The notes under the pieces are model-generated. The model saw only the letters and a list, made by a program, of their open reading frames with translations, had not been told where the DNA came from and did not search any database. The translations under genes were made by a program, and so were the position numbers. A DNA stretch of 64,000 bases from an uncultured Clostridia bacterium (GTDB taxonomy: Bacteria > Bacillota > Clostridia > Christensenellales > UBA1242). Shown one piece after another: positions 27,465 to 36,783 of this stretch (the first letter of the stretch is position 1; every line of letters starts with the position of its first letter). The DNA lies in contig CALVYQ010000002.1 of assembly GCA_944372335.1 (NCBI GenBank), positions 1,159-65,158 on the forward strand, written 5' to 3'.

Positions 27465-28187
27465 TTAATAAAACATCTTGTCCTTTTTAGTCAACATCGT
27501 CCAGCCAAGCATCGTTCTAAACAAACTTCCCCAATAAGTTAACCTTGCAGAATTTAAAAATTCGGCACAGATTTTCACCTCCTCTTTTGTCATACATTCC
27601 CTTAGAAAAGATATGCCATAGTTTGACGCACCTTTTTCAATTTTTATCTCCCGATATTTAGTGTAACAAGCTATTAAAAATATGAGAAAAGCAAGAGAAA
27701 AAAAGCCAATTCCAATATAGAGCACAAAAGACGGCACAACATTGACAAGACTTAAAACAGCAAGCACTATACCTATGATAATCAACGGAAGGAAGAATTT
27801 ACCAAGTACCCTATTTTTATTTTTTCTCTGCCAATGCTTGTTAAGTTCGCCTTTTTTATATTGCAATCCGTGTCCTAGTTCGTGTGCAATTGTGGAAAAA
27901 GAAGCAAGACTGTTAGAGCTTAGAGTTGACGGACTAAGTGCGATATATCCCGGCGAAAAATGATCCATATACTCTTCACATCTAGTGACCTTTAACGCCC
28001 CATCCAAATATTGTTCGTTTATAATAGCTACAAAATCTTGAATATTCATGCCGTTAGACGCACGATAGCTCATCGCCTCTTTTCGCTTTTCCTTGAAATT
28101 ATCAAAGGAAAAATTAGCAACCGCCAAACAAAAACAAATAATTAAAAAGAATAGGACTCCGATTCCAATAACAATATATAACCACAT
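27465..28187 (-). CDS. Membrane zinc metallopeptidase (YugP / Zn_peptidase_2-like)
   Basis: HELGH motif (STIAHELGHGLQ) plus N- and C-terminal TM helices. Start is ambiguous: ATG at 28187 (MWLYIVIG) or GTG at 28205. Neither has an RBS. Confidence 0.75.
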   Translation of the reverse strand: MWLYIVIGIGVLFFLIICFCLAVANFSFDNFKEKRKEAMSYRASNGMNIQDFVAIINEQYLDGALKVTRCEEYMDHFSPGYIALSPSTLSSNSLASFSTIAHELGHGLQYKKGELNKHWQRKNKNRVLGKFFLPLIIIGIVLAVLSLVNVVPSFVLYIGIGFFSLAFLIFLIACYTKYREIKIEKGASNYGISFLRECMTKEEVKICAEFLNSARLTYWGSLFRTMLGWTMLTKKDKMFY

Positions 28188-28226
28188 ATTTAGATTATAG
28201 CACACAAGATAATTTTTTTACAAACA

Positions 28227-30125
28227 CTATGCAGTGGAAATTAAAATTGTTTCTCCTTCATAGCACACTGTGCCGGCAGGGGGAAGTTGAGAAGTGACAA
28301 TTGTGCCTTCGCCTTCAACCTCTATATATAAATTAAGCAACTTTAACTCGGCAAGAGCATTTGAAATGCCCATACCAACAACATTTGGCATAATAACCTC
28401 TTTACGCATGGCACTAGGGTCGTCCTTTGGAATGTTGTAATAAGAAAAAATCTTCTCATAAAACTCTCTTCCATAAGGAGATGCCACAATGGAGCCATAA
28501 TACGCACCAGCACTTGGCTCGTCAACCATAATCATGATGATATACTCTGGCTCATCAGCTGGATATGTTCCTATGAAGCTTGAAATATACTTTCCCTGTG
28601 CTATTTGTCCGTTTTCGTTGTATTTTTGTGCTGTGCCTGTCTTTCCGCCAATGTTGTATCCCTCAACAAAGACATACTCTCCAGTCTTGTTGGTAGTCAA
28701 TTTTAAAAAGGAGTTTATCGTGTCGCTTGTTGTTTTTGACACCAATCGCTTTTCAGTAACAACCGGCGTATAGGTGATGTTGCCATAGACATCAACCGCC
28801 TTTTGAACAATAGTTGGAGTGTGATAGATGCCACCATTGACAATTCCTGAGACAATGGATAAAAGTTGTAATGGCGTAACAGCTATCGCATGACCAAAGC
28901 CCATACGTGCCAAATCTACCGTCTTGACATTTTCTTTCTTCATCAATATTCCAGCACTCTCGCCAGATATTGTGATGCCCGTCTTTTGCCCAAGCCCAAA
29001 TTTTTCAGCATAGGAATAAAACTTGTCAACCCCTAATCGAAGAGCTAAATCCATAAAGCAACAGTTACAAGAATTGGAAAAAGCCTCTGCTAACGTTTGA
29101 TTACCGTGACCTGTTGTCTTCCAGCATTTAATTCTCTGCCCGTCTATTATTCGATAGCCCGGACAGTAGAAGGCGTCATCTAAACTTGTCAGCCCCTCTT
29201 CAAGAGCCATTGCCACTGTTAAAATCTTGAAGGTAGAGCCCGGCTCATAGGTGTCAGTGACTGCCGACATTCTTGACATAGAAAACAGTGAAGCCAAATC
29301 ATCTCGTGGCACTTCGTTAAGGTCAAAACTTGGCTTTGTGCTTATAGCTAAAATCTCACCCGTCTTTGGCTTCATAACAATCCCTGTGACAGACTTCGCT
29401 TTTTGTTCTTCAAAGGCTTTTTCTAGGACTTCCTCTAATATAATTTGTAGTTTGCTGTCAACCGTCATAATTATATCATCGCCAGCAACCCCTGAAACAT
29501 AATACCTTAAATTCCCGCCTATCTCCTTACCCTGCAAGTCGCTCTGCACGAAACTATAACCGTCCTCTCCTTTAAGATAGGAATTGAAATACGCCTCTAC
29601 CCCACTCTGCCCGTCATTATCAAGACTAGTAAAGCCTAAAAGTTGCGTCATCAGGTCGCCATAGATATAATAGCGTCCCACATTTTCAGAGAGATAGACT
29701 CCGCTAAGAGAAAGCTTATATATCTGCTCTGCAACATCGCCCTCCACCTGCATTTTTAACAAACTTTCGCTGACATTTTTATTTTTGACCTTTGTGAGTG
29801 TGTTTTCGTAGTTTAAGTCCAAAATATCCGCTAATGCTTTTGCCGTCTCTTCCGCATTTACAACTTCCCGCCCACGAACATAGACATTGTAGGTTGTATA
29901 GGACACCGCAAGCGTGTCACCGGTTGAATCATAGAGCGTTCCACGTGGAGCTACAAGTGATAAATCTCTCGTCCACTGGTCTAAAGCACGTATCTGCATA
30001 TCTTTGCCGTTTATTATCTGCACAATAAAAAGCCTCACACCTAATGTGCACGCAAGGAGAATTAGAACTAATCCCACAGTGATAATCCTCTTTTGCAATG
30101 AATATAAGGTGTAAGGCTTTCGCAA
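28227..30125 (-). CDS. Class B penicillin-binding protein (PBP2B/SpoVD/FtsI type) with a C-terminal PASTA domain
   Basis: Motifs STFK (EPGSTFKIL), SNS (FSNSCN) and KTGT (GGKTGTAQ). PASTA-like tail. Likely start is the TTG at 30125, 6 nt after GGAGG and 2 nt after the upstream TAA. The track ATG at 30176 would overlap the upstream gene by 49 nt. Confidence 0.88.
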   Translation of the reverse strand: MRKPYTLYSLQKRIITVGLVLILLACTLGVRLFIVQIINGKDMQIRALDQWTRDLSLVAPRGTLYDSTGDTLAVSYTTYNVYVRGREVVNAEETAKALADILDLNYENTLTKVKNKNVSESLLKMQVEGDVAEQIYKLSLSGVYLSENVGRYYIYGDLMTQLLGFTSLDNDGQSGVEAYFNSYLKGEDGYSFVQSDLQGKEIGGNLRYYVSGVAGDDIIMTVDSKLQIILEEVLEKAFEEQKAKSVTGIVMKPKTGEILAISTKPSFDLNEVPRDDLASLFSMSRMSAVTDTYEPGSTFKILTVAMALEEGLTSLDDAFYCPGYRIIDGQRIKCWKTTGHGNQTLAEAFSNSCNCCFMDLALRLGVDKFYSYAEKFGLGQKTGITISGESAGILMKKENVKTVDLARMGFGHAIAVTPLQLLSIVSGIVNGGIYHTPTIVQKAVDVYGNITYTPVVTEKRLVSKTTSDTINSFLKLTTNKTGEYVFVEGYNIGGKTGTAQKYNENGQIAQGKYISSFIGTYPADEPEYIIMIMVDEPSAGAYYGSIVASPYGREFYEKIFSYYNIPKDDPSAMRKEVIMPNVVGMGISNALAELKLLNLYIEVEGEGTIVTSQLPPAGTVCYEGETILISTA

Positions 30126-30127
30126 TT

Positions 30128-30832
30128 TTAACCTCCAAATAGCCCCGTTATGAAGTTCGTTAGATTGTCGAACCAATTTGTGCTTTCGCCTATGGAGGAG
30201 ATTTCGTTGATTTCCTCTGGATATGTCTCAATAAATTCAAATCCTTTATTTGTGGCGTTGAGATTGTTTATCTTGTTTAAATAATCTAAGAGATTTAGAT
30301 TATAGCTATCTTCAAGTTGCATATAGTGAGCATTCATATTGTCACAGACTACCGCTCCCGCCACACAACCAATCGAACATACAGCAAGTGCACAGGCAAG
30401 AAGTGCGGTTTTAAATTTCCGCTTTTTCTTTACTGCTCCTTTCTTTTTCGACATCAGGTCATAGTTGGGCTTTTCTATGATAAGGGTGGTCTTTTTCTCC
30501 TTTGTTGTTGGCATAATCTCAGGCTCTGTCTCAGACACTTTCTCTTCTAACTCATCTTCAACAATTTTTTGAGTTTCTTCCTCTTTAACTTCTTCTTGTT
30601 TAACATCTTTAAGTGTCAAATTTTTAAAAGAGGCTAGATATTCAGACAAAGATTCCTTTTTTTCTTCCTTCTTTGCTTCTTGCTTTACTTTCTCTTTTTC
30701 TTCCTTAACAACAGCCTTTTCTTCTTTTTCGGTTGCAAGATTAGTTTCGGAAGACTTCTCTTCTGCCTTTACTGCAAGTTCTATTTCTTTCTCTTTTGCA
30801 ACTTCTACTTTTTCTAAGACTTCCTTATCCAT
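30128..30832 (-). CDS. K/E-rich bitopic membrane protein at the ftsL position of the dcw cluster
   Basis: Start moved to the ATG at 30832 (MDKEVLEKVEV), behind the RBS AGGAGG. Long charged N-terminal region, one TM helix (ALLACALAVCSIGCVAGAVVC), and a short L/N-rich ectodomain. The FtsL assignment is positional only. Confidence 0.55.
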   Translation of the reverse strand: MDKEVLEKVEVAKEKEIELAVKAEEKSSETNLATEKEEKAVVKEEKEKVKQEAKKEEKKESLSEYLASFKNLTLKDVKQEEVKEEETQKIVEDELEEKVSETEPEIMPTTKEKKTTLIIEKPNYDLMSKKKGAVKKKRKFKTALLACALAVCSIGCVAGAVVCDNMNAHYMQLEDSYNLNLLDYLNKINNLNATNKGFEFIETYPEEINEISSIGESTNWFDNLTNFITGLFGG

Positions 30833-30893
30833 ATAATTATATTTACCTCCTTTTAAAAAGATAACTTTCAAAGAAATTTTACATAATATAATT

Positions 30894-31817
30894 TTAAACT
30901 CTTTCCACCGCTCTAAGTTTAGCACTTGAACTTCGACTGTTATCTTCTAATTCTTTTTCGCCTGCTATTATCGGCTTTCTGCTCAGCAGGATAATCTTTT
31001 TTTTGTGACCACAGATGCAAACAGGAGTCTCTGGCGGACAAAGGCAATCGGTTGATTCTCTTTTAAAGACGTTTTTGACGATTCTATCCTCTAAACTATG
31101 AAAGGAGAGAACCACCAATCTTCCGCCAACATTTAACATATCAATAAAGGAATAAAGAGCCTCTTCCAAGCCGTCTAGTTCGCCATTTACAGCTATTCTA
31201 AGTGCCTGAAAGACTTTTTTAGATGCACCTCCTCTAGAATACACCACCTTTTTTGGCATACTGTTTTCAATGATATCTCTTAATTCAAAGGTTGTTTCAA
31301 GCTTCTTCTTTTCTCGTGCTTTGACAATGTTTCTTGCAATCGACTTTGAAAATTCTTCTTCACCATACTTGTAGAACAGCTCTCGCAATTCTTCTTCGGT
31401 GTAAAAATTTACAATATCATAGGCGGTTCTTATCTCCTCGTCCTGCCCCATACGCATATCCAGCCTGCCGTTATGTAAAAAGCTGAAGCCTCTTTCGCCC
31501 TCATCAATTTGGTGAGAGCTTACGCCAAGATCTATCAAAATTCCGTCAACTTTGTCGCTGATAACCTTAGGTGCATCTTTGAAATTCGCCTTAAAAAACT
31601 CCACTTTTTCGCCAAATTCTTTAAGGCGAGCTTTACTTGTTGAAAGAGCCTCACTGTCTCTATCAAAGCAATATAGTTTGCCATTTTTAAGTCGTTTTGC
31701 AATCTCGTAAGAGTGTCCGCCACCACCGACGGTGCAGTCGATATATCTTCCGTCAGGCTTTATATTTAATGCGTCAATTACCTCGTTTAGCATAACCGGA
31801 ATATGTTTAAATTCCAT
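30894..31817 (-). CDS. rsmH: 16S rRNA (cytosine1402-N4)-methyltransferase RsmH/MraW
   Basis: MEFKHIPVMLNEVIDAL, TVGGGGHS and DLGVSSHQID motifs. Start placed at the ATG at 31817, which overlaps the upstream ORF by 11 nt. Confidence 0.92.
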   Translation of the reverse strand: MEFKHIPVMLNEVIDALNIKPDGRYIDCTVGGGGHSYEIAKRLKNGKLYCFDRDSEALSTSKARLKEFGEKVEFFKANFKDAPKVISDKVDGILIDLGVSSHQIDEGERGFSFLHNGRLDMRMGQDEEIRTAYDIVNFYTEEELRELFYKYGEEEFSKSIARNIVKAREKKKLETTFELRDIIENSMPKKVVYSRGGASKKVFQALRIAVNGELDGLEEALYSFIDMLNVGGRLVVLSFHSLEDRIVKNVFKRESTDCLCPPETPVCICGHKKKIILLSRKPIIAGEKELEDNSRSSSAKLRAVERV

Positions 31818-34743
31818 TTTCTGCCCCGCTTGCATCACTTGAAACTCCAAACAAAAGAACTTTGATAGCATTAATAAGGTCACTTGAAGTATCTACGAAG
31901 ACGCCATCTATTGCCGTCTCAATTTGCGTGCGATTGGTTGTTTTATCTTCCTCTGATAAAATATCATTTGGAATTTTTGTGGCGTTATTTATAACTGTTG
32001 TTGCCTTTTCATAATCTTCACCATAAAGTTCGGTTATTGTTGCTCTTATTCTTCCCGCAAAATCAACTAAGCCTTCATAATCATCTGTTGACACACCCTC
32101 TAAATTAGCACTTAATCTATCAGCAAATTGTAAAACTTCAACAAGTTCATTCATTATAGCTTCATAAGATGGCACATCATAATAGCCATTTTGAACATCG
32201 CTAACTCCAATATATGTCTTGATGTCTTGGTAATTACTGTTTGGATTTGGCATTCCTTCACTGTCAGGATTTAGATTGTCATAAATTGTGTTGCCGTCTA
32301 TAACATCGTCAGTCAAATACCAAATCAAGTTGACAAACACATCATTAAACACATTGTTTTTTGCACTGACTTTCAAAGTGTCAAGAAGTTTTCCAAGAAT
32401 TGGAAGTTGTAAAGACAAATCGTCACCGCTCATAGCCTCATCATTTACCACATCAAGAAGCTCTTTAATAATGCTGATATATTGTTCGCTATTTTCGCTA
32501 AGATTGGAGTAGTCTGTTTCTGGAGTAACGCCTGTGATTCCGCCTAACTGACTGTCAATCTGTGGGAATATATTTGCATAGAGTGGGCTATACATATTGT
32601 TTTCAAAGAGAATTCCAAGCACCCTATCCATAACCGTTTCATTCTCAACCTCGGTGGACTTTTTGGCCATATCGTTGATAAGTGTGATATAGTCAGCATT
32701 ATCTGTCATCAAATATTCAAAATAGTCATAGGTAGCATCTCCAGCATCTTCTGATACTGTTATTGTGTTAGAAGAGAGCACATCTAAAAGTTCTCCAATT
32801 GAAGAGAGTTTTGCGTAGTAATTTTCGTAAGTGTCTTCGCCCTCATCAAGCTTAACAAAGCCAGATAGATTGTTTGAAAGTTGTTCTATAACCGTGTCAA
32901 ATACCATAGCTTTTAAAGATTGACCATTAAAGGAAGTCTTATCTAAATCATAGAAAGGCATAAGCACTTTTGCCAAAAATTCGTTGTCCTTTTGTACTTC
33001 AGTTTTAATTGTGTCAAGCACGGCATCAAAATCAACGCTTTCATCTAAGATAGTTGTAAGTCCTGCCTCTTTTATACTCAGAATTGGCGTTTTAATATAA
33101 CCAAAGAATTCAGTGTAAGAATCAAGAGTTTCAGTGCCTGTCGCTTGATGAACGTCATCACCTAATAACTCAAAGCCCATTGTTTCCAATAATATATCTA
33201 GTGAGTTATAAGAAACGCTTTCACGCTCAAAATTAAGTATCTTCAAAGAGCGAGCCTCATCAAGCATACCGCCAAGTCCGTCGAGCACGCCACCGATATC
33301 ATTTAAGTTCAAAATGCTGTTGACAATATCTTCGCTTTCAAGAATACCAAAGATATCGTTAGCATCATTTAAAGTCTTAAGTTCGGTCGCTATACTCATA
33401 AGGCTGTCAACCATGCTTTCCATATCTTCTCTTGTCATGCTGGTGTTAAGCCCAAGATTATTGTTTTCAAACGCCTGTTGAAGTTCTGAGGATAGAAGTT
33501 CAAGAAGGCGTGGCATTGTGTCGGATACAAGATTTAACGTGAGAGCGTTTTTTAATGAAGTCGAAACTGTTTCATCATTGTTGACTACAAGGTTCAATAT
33601 CTCTTCCGCTCCAACATTTTCAAGTGCCATATATTCTTCAAGGACTCCATTTGTTATGACGCTGTCAGCTATGTCCAAGACATCAAGAATATCAGAAGAT
33701 AGATATGTGTAAAAATCAAAATCTTCAGTCAGCTTTGCTTGTAGGTCATGAATGATATTCACCACTTCCTCTGGAATATCGGTAAGTCCAAGTTCGTCTC
33801 TAAGCGTATCAAAATTCACGATAAAATCTTCAATAGTGTCGGTCAAAACAGTTTTAAAAAGGTTGTTATTGACAACTTCAGTTATGCTTGCCTTTAAAGG
33901 AGTAAAGTCGAGCTCTGAAAAATTGTTTGCCGAAACTTCATTTACGAAAATTGCTACTTCATCGTAAGCTCCCGCAAGTGTAACGATTTCCTTTCTGACA
34001 TTTATCTTTTCTCCGTCTATCTTAACATCGGAAAGTCCGTCAAAGAGAGCATCGTCAAAGCCACCGGCAGAACAGATAACTCCAAAAGCACTGTCATTAA
34101 AAGAAAGAATTGCCTCATTTACTTCTGGTGGAAGCATGGAAGAAAGTTGCTCTCCTAAAGTTGGCATAGCATTTTCGCTGGTGGAAGTCGATGTTGAGGC
34201 TGTGGTCACAATTTCTTCATAAGTGTGAGTTAAAGAGGTGATTGGAGCAAACAGCACAAGCAAGAACATAAAAGTTTCTGCCATGGCAATAAAGGCACCC
34301 GGCACTCTGCGAGGCTTGTTTGTCGAGAAATCCTTTTTCTTTGAGCCAAAACTTATTCTTGCTGTAATTAAATAGATAATTTCAAAGATAAAGAACATCA
34401 AAATCATCACAACGATAAAGACAATAGGACTAGTCACCGCACCCGGCAGTTGCCTAATAAAATCAGAAGCACTGTCAAAATTCGACAAATCAATGATGTT
34501 TTCTGAAATCATACGAACAATGAAGTCACTTATTGTTATCAGTGAGCCTTCATAGTTGATGTTGACTTCAAGAATAGCGTTTGTGATTGGCTGTGTCACA
34601 AAAAAAGCTATAACAACACTGACAACAACAAACAAAACGTGTGTTGCAGAGCGTTTTAAGCCACGATATAGTCCGACCAAAAAGCCAATTACGAGTGCTA
34701 AAACGATAAGTGCAATACTTCCCCATAAAAAATAAGTTGCCAT
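31807..34743 (-). CDS. Large acidic membrane protein with a CvpA-like N-terminal domain
   Basis: 978 aa. The N-terminal TM bundle with a GLYRGLKRS motif resembles the colicin V production (CvpA) family. About 800 aa of D/E/L/N-rich region follow. RBS GAGAGGGAAG. Confidence 0.6.
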   Translation of the reverse strand: MATYFLWGSIALIVLALVIGFLVGLYRGLKRSATHVLFVVVSVVIAFFVTQPITNAILEVNINYEGSLITISDFIVRMISENIIDLSNFDSASDFIRQLPGAVTSPIVFIVVMILMFFIFEIIYLITARISFGSKKKDFSTNKPRRVPGAFIAMAETFMFLLVLFAPITSLTHTYEEIVTTASTSTSTSENAMPTLGEQLSSMLPPEVNEAILSFNDSAFGVICSAGGFDDALFDGLSDVKIDGEKINVRKEIVTLAGAYDEVAIFVNEVSANNFSELDFTPLKASITEVVNNNLFKTVLTDTIEDFIVNFDTLRDELGLTDIPEEVVNIIHDLQAKLTEDFDFYTYLSSDILDVLDIADSVITNGVLEEYMALENVGAEEILNLVVNNDETVSTSLKNALTLNLVSDTMPRLLELLSSELQQAFENNNLGLNTSMTREDMESMVDSLMSIATELKTLNDANDIFGILESEDIVNSILNLNDIGGVLDGLGGMLDEARSLKILNFERESVSYNSLDILLETMGFELLGDDVHQATGTETLDSYTEFFGYIKTPILSIKEAGLTTILDESVDFDAVLDTIKTEVQKDNEFLAKVLMPFYDLDKTSFNGQSLKAMVFDTVIEQLSNNLSGFVKLDEGEDTYENYYAKLSSIGELLDVLSSNTITVSEDAGDATYDYFEYLMTDNADYITLINDMAKKSTEVENETVMDRVLGILFENNMYSPLYANIFPQIDSQLGGITGVTPETDYSNLSENSEQYISIIKELLDVVNDEAMSGDDLSLQLPILGKLLDTLKVSAKNNVFNDVFVNLIWYLTDDVIDGNTIYDNLNPDSEGMPNPNSNYQDIKTYIGVSDVQNGYYDVPSYEAIMNELVEVLQFADRLSANLEGVSTDDYEGLVDFAGRIRATITELYGEDYEKATTVINNATKIPNDILSEEDKTTNRTQIETAIDGVFVDTSSDLINAIKVLLFGVSSDASGAENGI

Positions 34744-34901
34744 ACTTCCCTCTCTTTTAGTTTAACTAATCTAGTTTAATTATATCCTACTTTAATTAAA
34801 ATTCAAAATAAAAATAGTTATTTTATGTGAAGAACAAAAGTTTTATAGATATTTAGACAAATACTTTGGAAAAATAATAAATACATCATAGCAAAAAAAT
34901 A

Positions 34902-34925
34902 AAAGCCTCTAAATTTTGAGGCTTT
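34902..34925 (-). terminator. Intrinsic terminator after the 34930-35430 gene
   Basis: Stem aaagcctc / gaggcttt with an 8-nt loop. The minus strand continues with a U-rich tract. Confidence 0.8.
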
Positions 34926-34929
34926 AAAT

Positions 34930-35430
34930 TTATTTGTTTTCTTTGTTTTCTTCATTTTGTGGCTTGTCGCTTTCAACATTTGTTGGTTCTTTAACAACTT
35001 TTGCTGATTTTTCTTTCTTCATATCTAAAATGTAAAGCACATTTGCAGCAACATATACAGCAATTGCGATTACTGCTACGACTATCGTTCCTGCAGTTAC
35101 TCCACCGCCAAAGAAAGTAAGCAAGAAGAAAAACGCTGAAATAAAGTTGAAAACAATTGCAGTTACATTAAACTTCTTTTTCTTTTCAAAAACTTCGGCA
35201 CTTGAATTAAAATATACAAGGCTTAGAATGGAAAAGATAAGTCCTAGAAGTGCCGACAAAAAGATTATAGCATTTGTAAAGATGACAATTCCTCCTGCCA
35301 TTCCGGTCGCACCGGTTGCACCTCCAAGAAACGCAATTAGCACAATTAGAGTGTAGCCATACATAATCGTCCAAGCGAGATTTGCCACAGTGCCTAAAAT
35401 TCCAGCAATTAGTGTTTTTATTCTTTTCAT
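34930..35430 (-). CDS. Small polytopic membrane protein
   Basis: 166 aa, four hydrophobic helices and a K/E-rich tail. RBS AGGAGG. Confidence 0.65.
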   Translation of the reverse strand: MKRIKTLIAGILGTVANLAWTIMYGYTLIVLIAFLGGATGATGMAGGIVIFTNAIIFLSALLGLIFSILSLVYFNSSAEVFEKKKKFNVTAIVFNFISAFFFLLTFFGGGVTAGTIVVAVIAIAVYVAANVLYILDMKKEKSAKVVKEPTNVESDKPQNEENKENK

Positions 35431-35571
35431 TTATCCTCCTTTAAATAACAAAAAATTTTTAAATTTTTTAAATAAAATCTCAAACGGGTGGCTATTTTTT
35501 AACATATATATGAAAAAAACGATAGATAGCGACAACAAAATTCTAAACGAAAAAAGTTTTTTACAATAAAA

Positions 35572-35694
35572 TGTGGATAAAAATATCGTTTTGTTGAGAA
35601 TTTTAGCCAACTCAAAAATATATCAACTTATTAAATAAAAAAACTTATTGTCATTAATAAAAAAATATCCACAAAAATGTGGATATGTGGATAT
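35572..35694. promoter_or_regulatory. Second DnaA-box cluster (one perfect and three one-mismatch boxes)
   Basis: TGTGGATAA at 35572-35580 (perfect, reverse orientation). ATATCCACA at 35665-35673 faces TGTGGATAT at 35678-35686 and 35686-35694, so the first two form the inverted repeat ATATCCACAaaaaTGTGGATAT. Confidence 0.6.
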
Positions 35695-35795
35695 TTTTTG
35701 TGTTTAAAATCTAGTTTTACTAAACTATCAATTTTAAATTGTGATTATATAATCTAAAATAAAGCAAAAACTACAAAAGTTTTTTTGTATTTTTC

Positions 35796-36257
35796 CTATT
35801 TCTTCCCTGTCGAGCCGAAGCCACCTTTTCTGACAACTGTAGATTGAACATCATCATCTACTGTCAAAAATTTGAAAAAGAAGATTTGCCCAATTTTATC
35901 GCCCGCCTTAACTTCGTAAGGTGTTTTGTTTAAGTTATGTAACAAAAAGCCAATATTGCCGTCATTAGTTTCATTGTCGGCATAATCGCTTTCAATGATA
36001 CCTATTCCATTTGCAAGAATTATCCCTTTCTTGCCAAGTCCGCTTGTAGATGCCAAGATAAAGCCTTCATCTTCGTTGCAATACGCTTTAAAATTGATGA
36101 AAACAAGTTCGGTTGACTCTGGTGCAATCGTTATATCTATTGGTGAAAAACAATCATAGCACACAGCGTGCTTGGTTGCTCTATATGGCTTTTTTAAAGT
36201 TTTTGGGTCAACTCCATATTTCATAAACTCTTTCTTAACTAACTCAAATTTTCTCAT
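35796..36257 (-). CDS. dut: dUTP diphosphatase (trimeric dUTPase fold)
   Basis: C-terminal RKGGFGSTGK motif and GIIESDY motif. Start moved to the ATG at 36257 (MRKFELVKK), behind AAGGAAAA. Confidence 0.8.
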   Translation of the reverse strand: MRKFELVKKEFMKYGVDPKTLKKPYRATKHAVCYDCFSPIDITIAPESTELVFINFKAYCNEDEGFILASTSGLGKKGIILANGIGIIESDYADNETNDGNIGFLLHNLNKTPYEVKAGDKIGQIFFFKFLTVDDDVQSTVVRKGGFGSTGKK

Positions 36258-36291
36258 AATTTTTCCTTTTTTATAAAAAGTCGCATAAAAA

Positions 36292-36783
36292 CTAAACAAT
36301 CTCTATAACTTTGCCTTCTTTTATCGACCTTTGCACATCAATAACACGCTGATTTGATGAGCCACGCCATTCAAAAGTGAAGTTGTGAAGCTCATCAACA
36401 TACTGTCCGTCAACCACAACATCTAAGTATTTTACAATCTCTTTATCTTTCAGATATTTATCAAATAGGTAGCCTGTCCATGCCCATAAATTCTTTTCAG
36501 GAAATCGCTCTTTAAATTTTTTAGCAAGCTTTGTGACAGCTTCAATATTCTTTGGATGCATAGGTTCTCCGCCAAGTATTGAAAGTCCTTCCACATTAGG
36601 ATTGTCACAAAGGTCGAGTATATGCTCCAAAACCTCATCGGTAAACTCTTTGCCACCATTAAAATCGTGCGTTTCAGGATTAAAGCAATTTTTACAGTTA
36701 AAAGTGCAACCTTGAACAAATATTGAGACTCTTACGCCCGACCCATTTGATATATCCATCTTTCTTATCTTATTATATCTCAT
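36292..36783 (-). CDS. nrdG: Anaerobic ribonucleoside-triphosphate reductase activating protein (radical SAM)
   Basis: 163 aa. CTFNCKNC cluster motif. The ATG overlaps the nrdD stop (ATGA). Confidence 0.9.
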   Translation of the reverse strand: MRYNKIRKMDISNGSGVRVSIFVQGCTFNCKNCFNPETHDFNGGKEFTDEVLEHILDLCDNPNVEGLSILGGEPMHPKNIEAVTKLAKKFKERFPEKNLWAWTGYLFDKYLKDKEIVKYLDVVVDGQYVDELHNFTFEWRGSSNQRVIDVQRSIKEGKVIEIV

